Positions 33,244 to 52,928 of a DNA stretch of 64,000 bases are shown piece after piece (position 1 is the first letter of the stretch; each line of letters begins with the position of its first letter). The translations under genes were made by a program, and so were the position numbers. Below the pieces are notes generated by a model that had not been told where the DNA came from, did no database searches, and worked only from the letters and a program-made list of their open reading frames with translations. Source of the stretch: Salpingoeca rosetta (Eukaryota; Protista; Choanoflagellata); assembly GCA_033442325.1 (NCBI GenBank), contig JAWQFM010000005.1, positions 469,701 to 533,700 on the forward strand, given 5' to 3'.

Positions 33244-35780
33244 TGTGTGTTAATGTGAGTGTGATTGTGCGGGTGAGTGACCAAGTGCGCGTGAGTGACC
33301 TAGTGTGCACATGCATGTGCAAACAGATGTACTGCATGACTGCAGGGCAAACTGCATCAATACTTCACCAAAGTCTCCGTGGACAAGCAAAACGCACACA
33401 CACGCACACACAACACGCGATGCAAGCCCGTGTGTCGTCCAAGATACCCACGACATACGTCTGTGAGCAGCATATCTGGGACGATGCGTGTACGGATCTC
33501 TCTCGCGCGAGCCACAACCGCATCCCTGATGTGGGGTGAATCAAGGTGGGCCATCAATGACAGGTCCTGGGGCGGAACGGCGGCAGTTGTTCTTGGAGGT
33601 TGGAAGAACAAGAGCGTCAGCACCCACACATACTCGTGCATCTGTGCATGGGCCTGACACCGCGGAAACCGCTGCTCGATCCACTTGGTGACAATCTCTG
33701 GCAGTTGCAGGTTACCCACGAACAGCTCCCCCTCTTTGCGCAGCGCGGGGACACCAACGCCTTTGGTTTTCATGCCTGAATTGAATATGCAGCAAGGTGA
33801 GAGGGGACAACCAGCCAGTGCACAGGAACACGCGCCAGCAACAATGAATGCATGTGCAAGTGTGTTTGTGTGTATGTGTGTGTGTTTGTGTGTATGTGTG
33901 TGTCTGTCTGTAGATGCGTTGTGGATTTGGATGCACCCCACGTGCGTGCTTGCTTCATGGCTTGGCCTTGTTGACCCAACTTCCCAACCAAACACAACTC
34001 CATCTCCTGTTTTCTCATACTTCGTCCATCCGACAGACATCACTTGTGTCCCCATCCCTCCATCCCATTCAAGACGCCTCTGCGTACCTCGAGCGGAAGC
34101 AGTCCACATGTTTTCCAGCACACGTTGTATCCAATCGCGCTGCTGGCTTGACGAATCGGACAACGGTGACCCCTCGTACATCGTATGCACAATCACCTAT
34201 TCAGACCGCAAGGAGGCAAGGCCAGTAAAGCAGAGTCGTGAGCGATCGTGTTGGCATGAGCTTCTGTGAACATCCGCGAGCAGACACCACAGGCACCACT
34301 AGCACTGCTCAAGAAGTTAAGACACACACATACACATACATACACACACACACATACACAGTGGCGTTTGCTTACCGAGTGGGTGTCGGTGAGAATGGCG
34401 CCGGACGCCCATGGAGCGCGGCGAACCAGCGCAAACCCGACGGAGAGCTTGGCAAAGGGTAGCACGTGCTGAGTTACTTGCCGCTCAAGCACGCACTCAG
34501 CGGCCACAACACCTGCAATGGATCTGTACCACCAAACACATACATCACACGGAGAACACGGCAATGATGTGTACACCATGATATTGTGGATCTCGCTATC
34601 TCGAGATTTGAGGAGGTGACACCAGTATGGCCGAGCGGGTTGGAAAACAAGTTGTGTTGAGCATGAATCGTGCCTCTCATGTCTTGAGTGGAAACGACTT
34701 ACTCGATGAAGATGTTCGGGTCTGCTCGCCTGTAACCATCGACAGACAAGGCAACCAGGCAAACAGACAGGCAAGACTGGCTGTGAGTCCAGATTGAATG
34801 TTCCAATGTCATGTTGTGGGTGGCGAGGTGTGCGATCTGTCGTTCGCTGCAAGTTGTGCTTGCTCAATCATGTGCGTCCCAGGCATCCGTTCCTGGACTG
34901 TGCTCGAGCGAGCTCGTACATGTGGAGGGTGCTGAGCGTCTGGGATGGTGCCGTGCCACCAGCTGTTGTCATCAACAGCGGCACGTCCTGCAAGCCCGAA
35001 AAGAGAGAGAGAGAGTGTGTGTGTGTGTGCGTGTGTGATGTGTGCGTGTGTGTGCGTGTGTGATGTGTGTGTGTGTGAGTGAAGATGGGTGTCCTGAGCC
35101 GAGGTGTGTCACGTCAGTGGTACCCTTCAGAGCGAAACACGACAATATGTACTTCAAACCGAGAGTCGGCAGAGCTGTAGCTCATACCTTGCTGCCTGTG
35201 GGAAGGAAGACAGGCAAGAGTGCAAGATGGAGAAGGTTGAGAAGCCCTGAAAGCTCCTGCGGCTTAAACAAGGGCTCGGTTGTGCGAATGTGCAGCGTGT
35301 TCACCCGCGCTGCGTAGCACACGCAGACTGGGCTGAACGATGGGTGCGCAAACCTGTGCTCGTTGCCCACTGCTGAGTGCATGCAGCAGTGCGCGAACTC
35401 GTCCGAGGATGACCTCAGCTTGTCGACTGCCGCGCACAGCCTTTCCCATCTCGGGTCTTCAGTCTCGACGAAGTCAAACGTCACTGCGATGCAACACATT
35501 CAGTCACGGAGTGAGAAGTGCCGTGTGATGTTTCAACAGCACGCAGGGGACAAAGCTCACATCGCATCCTCCCTCATGACGTGTGCACAGCAACAACACC
35601 AGAACACCAAGTTGAACGAAGGCCAAACAGACGACGTGCCTACACTGCAATGGCTCACAACAATAAGTCTCGCAGTCTGGGCAAACCTATGAAGTCGTGC
35701 ATGAGGCGCACAACCAGCATCTTGACTGTCGCGTCGTGCTGCAACAGCAGCGACACGGTAGCTCGGGCCACGGTGGTCAT
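32399..35780 (-). CDS. Uncharacterised multi-exon protein with Gln-rich and acidic C-terminus
   Basis: MTTVARATVSLLLQHDATVKMLVVRLMHDFI splices in phase to VTFDFVETEDPRWERLCAAVDKL; further exon-like blocks at ~35210, ~34515, ~34200, ~33775, ~33565, ~33160; terminal QQVQQ...DDDDDADECADLLDTTLPGLESEDEED*. Internal junctions not all resolved. Confidence 0.5.
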
Positions 35781-36122
35781 CGCCGGCTATCGAAGTGGTG
35801 GGTGCAGATGCTGGTGCGGGCTGAGATGTCGTGAGTGGAGAATGGCGGGGAACTGAAGCTGGCCGAGATTGCTTGCTTCTGCGTGCACATTCGCGATTGC
35901 CGTGTGTTGAATGAATGGCATGGCCATGCTGTCTGCGTACGTGAACGTGGTCTTGGTGCGTGCGTTTGTGCGTGTGTGTGTATGTGTGCGTTTTGGTTTC
36001 GCGGGAACATTGCTGCAGTCTTTGAGTGTCCAAAGAGGGTTTGCCTTGAACAACTTGATTCATATCGGAAGGTTCATTTTCCCGCCAAAATGACAAAACG
36101 GCAATGTCCGGATTTTGTTACA

Positions 36123-36158
<36 letters not shown>

Positions 36159-36189
36159 ACAGACGCACAGACACACACACACACACACA

Positions 36190-41641
<5,452 letters not shown>

Positions 41642-41825
41642 CCTGAACTCGTTGTGTGCACTGCTGTTGCAAGTGGATGTTCGCAGTTGTCACTTTCCTC
41701 TTCTTCCTCCTCTTCTTTTGTGCAAAGTGTCAGTTGCACACGACCCTTCTGCACATGGCATTGCTGTTTATGATCGCTTGACACACACACACACACACAC
41801 ACATGCACACTTGGAGAGGACAAGG

Positions 41826-42526
41826 CTATGGGGCATCAAACTGGATGGGTTCGCATTCGAGGGTGGCGAGGTTGAGCAGCACCGCCGTGTGCGTGTCGGA
41901 GAACGACGGCACACACACGAGGCGCACCTGCTGCCCTTCTGGACCTGCAGTACAGAGGGTGTGCGTCGAATATGTGCAGGTGGACAGGTGTAGGTGGTTG
42001 TGTGTGAGAAAGGAGGGATGGGGTCACCGACAGCCACGCATGCGCAAGACAGACACAGACGTAGGCACGAACACAAACGCACACAGACACACAGACACAC
42101 AGACACAGACACACAGACACACACAAACGCAGACAGACACACAGACACAAACGCAGACAGACACACAGGCACACAGACACACAGACACACAGACACACAC
42201 AAACGCAGACAGACACACAGACACAAACGCAGACAGACACACAGGCACACAGACACACAGACACACAGACACACAGACAGACAAGCACCTGTGACGAGTT
42301 TTGTGGCAAAGGAGGGCTGGTTGCCGGCAAAGTAGACGTGGGGACAGGAGGTGATGACAAAGGGGTCAGAGAAGTCGGTCATGTGATATGGGAAGCATCC
42401 TGGTCATGGGGACAGGCAAGCACACACGGGGTAGCAAGGGGAAAGTGGTGGCGTGAGTACAAGCACATGTGCATGAGGCACAATGTGGACCACACATGTG
42501 AACGCGCACGTTCATGTACATCACAC

Positions 42527-42585
<59 letters not shown>

Positions 42586-43742
42586 TAATTCACAGAGAAG
42601 CAACAGTAGCACATGAAGCGGCGCACCGAGCGTGTCAGGTGCTGTTGGGAACAGCTGTGCCCACTCCAGTGTTTGCTCAAGAATGCGTAACCTGTCAAGA
42701 GCCAATCGTGCCACGACACAACGCGTAAGACGTCGCTGCTAATGGCTAAACACACACATATACGCAGACACACAGACACATACGCACACGCACGCACGCA
42801 CGCACAAACACAGATCAGCGGCTGTGTCGCGGCGTCACCTGTCCTCCTCTGTTGAGAAGCGGTAGATGTCATCAACACCCTGGCCGGATGTGCCAAGAAA
42901 CCTGAGAACGCAAGCAGAAGCACGTGTGAAGTGACGAAGTGACGTGGAAATAGCAATGGATGGATACAAAGGCATGGAGAATGGTTTTTTGCTTTGTTTT
43001 GTTCGGGTGGTCACACGCGGTCGCATGCACAGGCACACTCTTGCACGCACGCGAGCACTTGTGCACAGTCATGCACAGGTGCATGTACACGTATAACATT
43101 GATGAACGGACTTACGTTCTGCCGGCGACTGTGGTCTCGTATGGGTTTGTTTCGCCCTTGACGCTGCTCACGTTTCGTGCAAGCGGAAACATGCAGGGGT
43201 GCATCGGCTGGCAGTGCAGAAGTGCAAAGTGGTGGTGGAAGAGGTCATGGGAATGAGTAACATAACTGGACACATGGGCTGGCGCAAACGAACGCAGCTG
43301 CTCAAGATGTTTGAACGAATAGCCACGCACACAAATTGTTCTGCAACCATTCAATCACACACACACACACAGACAGACACAGACAGACACACAGACAGAC
43401 AGACAGACACACACACACAGACAGACACACAGACACACACGCAACCACGAACAAAGCAGCACCTGCTGTGGGAGGATTGCGTCTGAGGGGTCGTGTGGGC
43501 CGGGCATGAGATCAACGCGGACGTTGATGCCCATCTGAGCGAGGAAGAGATCAACCTCCTGAAAACACACACATTTCATGTTGGACAGACACAAGGAATT
43601 GTTAGTGCACATCCACACACACACCAAACAGCACGCGAACGAGAGTGCATTTCATGCCGGGTGACAGCGCAGACTGCATCACGTACACACGCACACACAC
43701 ACACACTCTCTTTCACACACACACACACTCTCTCTCTCTCTC

Positions 43743-43788
<46 letters not shown>

Positions 43789-43987
43789 GCATGTGTCCGA
43801 CGCTCTCCGGAATCATGGTTCGCTTCTTGTACAGCGGCAAGTCCTGATGCTCATCGTCAAGCCGCCACACCTGCACACATGTTGGCGGGCAGTGCGATGA
43901 TGGCAATTGGTGGTGCGTTGATGGTGAGTGCAGGAACGCACACGGTTCAAAATGATAAACACTGTCAAACACACACATTGTCAAGCA

Positions 43988-44021
<34 letters not shown>

Positions 44022-45473
44022 GACACACACACAAATCAGCAACAACGCACGAGGTTGCCTGCGACAATGACGTGCACGATGCTGGCGGCGAGCTCCTGGT
44101 CTGCAGTGCTGCCGATGTTGCCCTGGATGAAGTCGCTGAGCAGCTGCATGCTGAGGCGGGCCTTGTCGTTTTTGCTGATGTTCAGGCCAGAGACAAGGCA
44201 CACGTAGCTTGGCGGGATTTTGGGCAGGCGCTGTCACGCACGCCAGAATGGTTTCATTTGGCAACTCACGTCAGCGCAGGCACACACAACTCAAGACACA
44301 GAGCCACACAGACACATAGACACACAGACACACACGCACGCACAGACACACACACACACAGACAATGCGAAACCTCCCATCGCTTCTCATCTCTCCACGC
44401 CTCTCAAAACATCCACATGCAAGCATGTTGCGCGTACCTTCTGTGGGGGGAACCTGGGGTAGCAAACGTCTGCAATTTGGAACTCGCCAGAGGGCAGAGC
44501 CTTGCCAAGAACAGCCACCACAACACCTGCAGGAACAAGCACGCCAGTGTTGTGTATGGTGAGGAATAAACGCAGGCAGAAGACGACAGCACAGAGATAG
44601 GGTACAGAGGGATCGAGAGGGAGGCAGAGACAGACATACACACACACACACACACGCGCACACACACACACACAGACGCGAGCAGCATGGCTCTGTACCT
44701 GAGACATGGGTGCCAACGTCCAGGGCATCGCCAATCAACACGATGCGCCCACTCATATCCTCAAGCACGAGCGCGTCCTCATCGGAGTTGTACTTTGACC
44801 GCTCTGGTGGTGGCGCTTCATAGTTCTACCAATGACCCGCCGAGGGAGAAGCAGTGAGCGCGGCGCCCAAGCGCCAGCGAAAGCAAAGCAGTAGTGGCAG
44901 TAGCGGCAGTAGCGGCAGCGAAGCGCTCACGTGCGCTTGGCTCACAAAAGCAGCAGCAGGAGCAACATGGCTCCCCACAGCCACGTCAGCTCTACAGGCA
45001 AGAAGCAGCTAACCTCACGAGCATGGTACTCGTCCAGGATGTTGGGTTTGAGCGGCATGTCCTTGTACAACACTCCAAATACAACACATTCCTTCTCCTT
45101 CTCGATGTCGAGCAGCTTTGGCACAACGTCTGTGAAGCAAGCAATTGCACACACGCACAAAAGTTAAGGCAAGGGAAGCGATGCATGGACTACACGCAAG
45201 GTGGCATCAAACACGTCAAGCAAGCGCGGCACTCAGTTGCGCACGTTTGCTTGGCCATTTGTTTGTGGCGGCAGTCTCGATGAGCTTCTTGAACGAGTTG
45301 TAGCGTGTGAAGTACACATGCGCATACTGCCTGTCGAAGTCATGGCTGGATGGCACAATGAACTGCTTGTTGCGCTCCACCTTGATGCCTGCAGCGCTGC
45401 GTGTCACCCTTGGCGGCTGCTCTGGCGCATCATCCCGCACATACCGCGCCTCCGGAGCACTCATCACATCCAT
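41826..45473 (-). CDS. POLD2: DNA polymerase delta subunit 2 (p50)
   Basis: [125 protein letters not shown]. Confidence 0.96.
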
Positions 45474-45640
45474 GATGACGATGGTGCAGTGGTCGTGTGT
45501 GTTGATGGTGCAGTCGGTGGTCGTGGGTGGTGCAGTGGTCGTGTTTGTGGCGGCAAAGACGAAACGGCGCGCAAACGCGACTCTACGGAAATCTTGTCGA
45601 AGATTTACACAAACAACGGAAACTGCCTCAACGATGCGAC
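45474..45640. promoter_or_regulatory. Probable bidirectional promoter between POLD2 and SMG8
   Basis: 167 bp separate the two divergent predicted ATGs; inferred from geometry only. Confidence 0.55.
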
Positions 45641-48600
45641 ATGGGCTGCTTCCAGCTGCCACTGACAGCGGAAGGCTTGAGGTGAGTGTGCCACACGGAC
45701 AACCAAAAACCAGCACACACTCGCTCGCTCGCGTGTGCTTGTGTGCGTGTGTGTGTTTGCGTGCGTGTGTCGGGGTATGGAAGGTTCGAATGCCGATGTG
45801 CGATGGAGCACCTTGCCACACGCGATTGCCTTGTTCCAACCTACTCACGCCACCGTGTGTTTGTTTTGTGTGGGCCTGCAGAGCTGTCGTTGGCGATGAA
45901 GATGATGCGGTGCAAGTGGTGTCCTTCGTCGGACACTCGCGCGATGGGCACTCGTGTACAGCAGCTCTCATCAACACCATCATTAACAACGACATCATGC
46001 TGGTGGGTGCGTGCGTATGTGTGTGCATGTGTGTGCGTGCGTGTATGTGTGCATGTGTGCGTGTGTGCGTGTGTGCATGTGTGCGTGTGTGCGTGTGTGC
46101 ATGTGTGCGTGTGTGCATGTGTGTGTGTGTGTGTGTAACATTCATGCACACATTTTTGCCTGTCCTCCTCTTAACCCTCCCCTCCCCTCCCCCCACTGCC
46201 CACTCCCCATCTCACCTCTCACCCGTATGCTCTCTTCCCCTATGTCCTCCAATGCCGCCCACGATGTCTCGTTCTTGCTTGAAATGGGCCCTCTCCCAAA
46301 CCCAACAGCCAAGCACAACTTCGCCTGTTGTACAGAGTGGAACATCATCAGGAGCCTTGGATGCTTGCAGCACCCCCACCACCAACGTCGGTTCCGTGCA
46401 TCTGGGCGCTCCTCATGCACTTTCTGCGTGGACTTGCTCGTGAGACACCTTTAGCGCCCAACAAACGCGTTTTTGCTTGCATAACCCACGCGCTCACTGT
46501 GAATGCACTGGTTCGTCGCCATGTGCGACATGCCTGCGCGATTTCAGGTGGAAGCGTTCTATGACAAGACGAACCGAACCATCTTCCTTTCCTTGAGCGC
46601 CGCGCAGGACCCGGCCGCACTTCTCGCGCTCGCAGACACACTACTGTCAGCCCCGCAGGAGGTCTGTGTCAGTGACCATGCATTCATCCGTGCGTTTGGT
46701 GCATGAAGGAGTGAGCATTCGTGTGTGTGTATGTGTGCGTGTGTGCATTTGTGTGTGTGTGTGTGTTTGCGTGCTTACGCAGTTAACTTCGCTGCATAGT
46801 CTCAAGTCCTGCATTTTGGCTTGCCATGCACGACCACGTGGCACGCTCTGACTGTCCCAGTTGTTCCCACCGTCATCAATTATTCACACATACGTTTACA
46901 CATCCACACACACACACACACACATACACACACGCACATGTTCAGGAGCATGCGAGGCTGTTGCAGGACAAGGACAGCCACTACCTTCGCGCCATGTTGT
47001 TCTTGTTTCTCGTTTCCACCACTGTTGTCATGGTGAACGCATCGCATGGCCTGGACCCATCAAGCCTGCAGCTGCTGCGTGCCTTGGAGGCACTCAAGAA
47101 AGCCCTGATGGTGTGTGTCCTTCCTTCTCCATATACACATTCAACCCACAAACCCACAATCTGTGTTGCGTGTATCGTGGCTACTTATCAATCTTGTGTC
47201 TGCCGCGAACTTGCACGCCAATCTCATGATGACGCACATCTCATGATGGCGGCTGCCTACCGTGGTTGTTGATGTCAATGTGGTTCCATTGCTTCCCCTT
47301 GTTGAACAACAGGACCAACACGATGGCGATGCGTTTCTCCACAGCGGCCGACTGCCATCACTGCTGGTCCTCGCTCAGCCGTCCCTCACTGTGCGCCACA
47401 CCCCGGCCAACCTCAACGGGTTTCACAAGGTGCGGGCGGTATGGAGAGAGCAACACACGCCCTGAAGAGTCATGTCACCGTCTCGCCTCTGTGTCATGCA
47501 TTTCATTTTTCTGCGCATGTAGATGCACACACACACACGCGCGCGCACACACTGCTCATTCACTTGCTGTCTCTCCCTCTCATTCCCGCGCAGATGCATG
47601 AGAAGCAGGCGCTGGAGTTGCTGCGCTTGTCGTCGCTGCGGAGTGTGGGCGACCCTGCTGCAACGCATCCCGCCTTTGAGCGCCTCTTCCGGCGACCAGG
47701 ACCGAACTTCCTCTTCATCCAGCCACGCGACGCCCCGCGCCTCGCAGCAAACGCATCGCGTGTCCTTGACCCCGTCGTGTCGCTGCTGGACCGGTTCAGT
47801 CTCCCGCTGCACACCATCACAGGCAGTGCATTCACGCTCCAGGGTGAGTTTTGTGAATGTGCAGAGGTGAACACAGCAAAGCACGTCGCAGCTCTGCTGC
47901 TGCTAACATGACATACACACACACACACACCCTCACACACACACACACACACACTTACGCATTCACACACACACATGCCCCCACGCCACTCGACATGTTT
48001 CAGGTGCCGGGCCCCACATGCGCGATGACGACGGCGCCGCAGATGATGATGATGATGATGACGATGATGACGATGCGTTGGAGGAGAGCGTGCCGCAGCT
48101 CGGGGCCAATCTCCTCGGGCGACTGCTGCAGGGCGTGCAGACAATAGCAGACACGGACCTCGCCGCCGCGTTCACTGCACAGGCCGTGGACGCGGGCGGG
48201 TTGGACGCGCGCGGTGGCAGCACAGGCCTGTATGCATCTGCGACGTCGTTTTTGAGCGAAGCAAACCGGCTCTGCGGGTTGCTGTTGGCACGTGGTGTGC
48301 ATCACGACGCCTGTGGTGCAGCCAACGCGACTTCAGACGGCGGTGTCAAGGGTGATGGCCATCATCACGCTCAGCCCTCATCCACCTTGACCACCGGTCC
48401 CCAGCTAGCGGCAGACAGCACGCCCGTAGCGTCTCGCGCCAATGCGATATCAAATGTCTTGTCGACGCACAGCGTTGAGGCGTGCGAGCGCGCGTTGCCA
48501 CAGGCGCTCAACCAATATCACATCAACCTCCCGCCCGTGTACTCGCGGCACGTACACCGGGAGCACCTGGCCAAGGCCATCGCGGTGTTTGCCGTGCTGG

Positions 48601-50329
48601 CACAAGGGCCCCATGTGCACCGCTTCCTCTCGCTTCTTTCCCAGCAGTGTGATGAGGTGTGTCGCTTTTGTTTTCCTGTATATGTGCGCTCATGCGTTCA
48701 GCCCACCAGCGTGTATGCATGTGCTTGTCGGTGGGTGTGTACGCATATGCTTGTATGTGTGCATGTATGCTTTTCAGCCGTGCTCGATCTCTTGTGTTGC
48801 ATGTATCATCGCCTCTTCTAAACCCCTCTCCCTCCACGGCACTGAACCCCACCCCCGGCACACATTGCATCATGCCCTGGTCATATGTGACTGCAGGTGT
48901 GGACGGCAGGCCGTCGCCAGTGCGAGCGCCTCAGCATGACCCACCACCCGTGCGTGCATGCGGTGCACAGGACCCCGGCCGATGCACGCCAGCTTGTTGA
49001 CCTCGGGTCTGTTGCTGTGCGCGAGCATGACAGCGGCGTTCGCTTGCGCTGCGCGTGTGTCTGCGGCCGATCGCAATCCGACATTCCAGACGCATTTCAT
49101 ATCAGCGAGGTGCACGCTACAATCGTGTTTTATGTCTGCGCGTGTGCGCGTGTGCTTGTTGTGTGTGCTTTGCGCCTTGTGTGGTTTGAGTGCCGCGTAT
49201 TTGTCTTTCTCTTGTGTTGTCATTCTACACGCGTGACCACAACCCTCATTCATCCACGCCCCCCTCTCTCACCACCCATCCTTTCTGTTGTTTTGCACCA
49301 GATCAACCGGTTTGCTGTTGAGGCTGCCTGCTGCCGCGCGTGCATATCCGCCGTCCTTCCCCTGGAAACACGCGACGCCAAGCAGCACAAACCAGCGCCC
49401 TCGCTCTCTTCCTCCTCCTCGTCATCGCTGAGCAGGCCGCCCCGCCAAGTGCACGCAGCTGATGCCGCTGCTGTTGATATTGGAGACGCAAGTACAATGC
49501 CGTTTGGAACGCCCGATCAGGGCATCGCTGCCATGGACGACGTGCGTATGTTTTGCCGTGCAATGCCTGTTTTGCTGGTATTCGTGCTTGCACATGCATG
49601 CACTTGCTGGTTTATGTGTGTGTGTGTGTGTGTGTACGTGCTTGTACATGCATGCACTTGCTGGTTTATGTGTGTGTGTGTGTACGTGCGCGCACTCTTG
49701 TGCGTGTGTGCTTGTACTTGTGTTGTGGGATCATGTGCTTGCGTGGTTTGTACTGATTCGAGTGTTGCCCCCTTGCCAACGGAATGCATGCAGGCCCCAA
49801 AGCCGCCCGCGTGCTTCTGCGTGTACCGCATTGGGGACGGCGCGAGCTACGTGCCGCGATCAGGTATGCACATGCACGAGGTGGCTGTGGTTGTGGTTGT
49901 GGTTGTGGTTGTGGCTGTCTTGTTCTTGTTCTTGTTCCAAATGGTTTTGTGGACATCATGTGTTGTGGTGGTGCCGTTGTCGCTCTGCTTTAGTACTTAC
50001 AGTGCGCACGTGTGTGTGTGTGCATATTACGCTGGACGCAGGGCTGGCGGAACAGCAAGGGTTCCTGCCAGGCTGCCAACACCTCCTCCCTTATGCAATC
50101 TACAGCAGGTAGGTGTTGCGGAAGCGTACGCTCACTCATTTTTGCCCGGCTGTCTGCTCTCAGTGATACGTTGATGCCGTGCTGACACGTTGGAATGCCA
50201 CGTGCGCCTGTGTTGTGCAGGAAGGGTCGCCAACAACAACAGCAACAGCAGCAGCAGCCGTCATCCCTCACGCGCCGACAGCGACACCGAGGTACGCGTC
50301 AGAGGGCGGGTTATGCGTTGACGTGTTCA

Positions 50330-50405
<76 letters not shown>

Positions 50406-50745
50406 CTGCGACCTATGAGCCGGTTCCTATCGGCTTTGCTGACACTTGTTGATCATTTTCTTCCCACAACGCCGACATACTACGCACCCTGTGTTCAGAC
50501 CGCACGTGCGTGGCCAAGTTGTACATCGGATATGAGTACGAATCACCCAGTGGCAAGCGGTTCATTGCCCATGGACCAGACGCATGCGTCCGCGTGTCAT
50601 CAACGGGAAATGCAAAGGTAAGGCAACCCGCAATGTTTGGGACTCGTGGCACACACACACACACAGAGGCACAGACACACACAGACACAGACACACACAC
50701 AGACACAGACACACACACAGACACAGACACACACACACACACACA

Positions 50746-50782
<37 letters not shown>

Positions 50783-50995
50783 NNNNNNNNNNNNNNNNNN
50801 NNNNNNNNNNNNNNNNNNNNNNNNNNNNNNNNNNNNNNNNNNNNNNNNNNNNNNNNNNNNNNNNNNNNNNNNNNNNNNNNNNCTTGGGAATTGTATAAAG
50901 GGATTTTGTTCCCCCGATTGGAGAGACAAGTTTTGTTATGAGAAATAGGTGCGGCCTTGGGGAGTAACTAAATGGGACACACACACACACACACA

Positions 50996-51035
<40 letters not shown>

Positions 51036-51325
51036 CACGCCCTGCAGGGTTCGGCGCGCAAGTCACTTGATTCAGCGATGCCCATCTTGATGCCTGTGCC
51101 CAAATCCCCTCACGAACTGGTCAGTGCCACGCAAAACGCAGCCGTTGCGTCCGATTGTGTGCTATGCTGCACATAGCGGCTGCGCTGCGTCAACACTGTG
51201 CTGGTCGCCGCATCTCGATCGACATCCATCTTTCTTCTTTCTCACAAACATTCACACACACACACACGCACGCACGCACGCGCGCGCACGTTTTCTCTAC
51301 TCACACACACACGCACACACTCACG

Positions 51326-51420
<95 letters not shown>

Positions 51421-51922
51421 ATGCACATGCACATACACACGCAGGCGCAGCTTGTGCGTGTGCACATTGCGATCCCGGATATCCCGGCCAGCGTGCGCGT
51501 TCATCCCGTGGTGCAAGTGAAGCGGAACATGGCGATTGCCATCACCACCGACAGTGTTCTGCTCCACCCGGACGGGCAGTACGTGCTTCAATTTCCCCGC
51601 GTGTTCACGTGGCATGAGCGACCGGTTCTCCTGCCATCCACGACTGAGGTACGCACACCCCTTCGGGCCCAATGTCCGTCGTCTCTACTTTTCCTTCACT
51701 GACGCACATGTTCCTGACAATGCCTTGTGCCCTCATTTCGAAGTTCATGGAATTGCTGTCCGACACTTCTGATGCCAACCTTCTTGTTGCCTCACCACCA
51801 ACCAACCAACCAACCAACCAACCAACCCTCACCACACTGTACTGTTCGCGGTGCAGGCGCGGAAGCATTTTGTTCTGCTTTCAAACAGCATCACTGTGGA
51901 CTATCACGAGCCTGGCTCGTAG
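45641..51922 (+). CDS. SMG8: Nonsense-mediated decay factor SMG8, multi-exon, spans the gap at 50783-50882
   Basis: LRAMLFLFLVSTTVV, ALPQALNQYHINLPPVY...AQGP, WTAGRRQCERLSMTHHPC, HDSGVRLRCACVCGR, LYIGYEYESPSGKRFIAHGPD, SAMPI, AQLVRVHIAIPD and LHPDGQYVLQFP follow SMG8 motif order. First exon MGCFQLPLTAEGLR joins exon 2 in phase 2. Confidence 0.9.
50783..50882. other. Assembly gap (100 N)
   Basis: N run. Confidence 0.99.
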
Positions 51923-52499
51923 CGGCAACCTCCCAAAGGTCACTTGTGATCCTCTTCCCCACTCGTTGTCGTTTTATGTGCACATTCACACATGTGCAAG
52001 CGACACTCGTTTGGTACTTGTGTGCACAAATGCACACGCTCGCGAGCGCAGCACCAGGAGACATGTAACACGTGGACACCCAGCAGCAACTCGTCATGCA
52101 GTCGCTTGGCCACATCAACACGAACACCAGCACATGTCCTCCTCAGCGCAAACATCCACCCGTATTTTTCACCAGCACCCACTCGCTGCCGTGGAAGGAA
52201 GAACGCGCGCGCGTGGCACCGTTGTCCGCATCTGTTGTCACCGAGGCGCAGCGCATGCCACGCTGTGCCAACTCTCTCGCCCTGTGCAGGCTTTGCTTTG
52301 GTTTCGTGACGTGTGTATCTGTGTCTCGTAGCATGGGCCTGAACACCACCACGCCTTGGTGTACACTGCTTCTCGTCAGTCTCAACTTCGTTTTGTCATG
52401 TCATGTCATGTGTCACGCCACTCATGTTCCCACGAATTACACACGTGCGAAAAGCACCCCAACATTCCGGCAAGAGTGCACGATCGAACATGGCACAAC

Positions 52500-52742
<243 letters not shown>

Positions 52743-52842
52743 NNNNNNNNNNNNNNNNNNNNNNNNNNNNNNNNNNNNNNNNNNNNNNNNNNNNNNNNNN
52801 NNNNNNNNNNNNNNNNNNNNNNNNNNNNNNNNNNNNNNNNNN
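52743..52842. other. Assembly gap (100 N)
   Basis: N run. Confidence 0.99.
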
Positions 52843-52853
52843 ACACACACACG

Positions 52854-52914
<61 letters not shown>

Positions 52915-52928
52915 ACACACACAAGGGT

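Noticed and set aside
50883-50975. Compositionally odd sequence right after a gap
   Set aside because: Abuts the N run and a (CA)n tract; most likely low-quality contig-end sequence.
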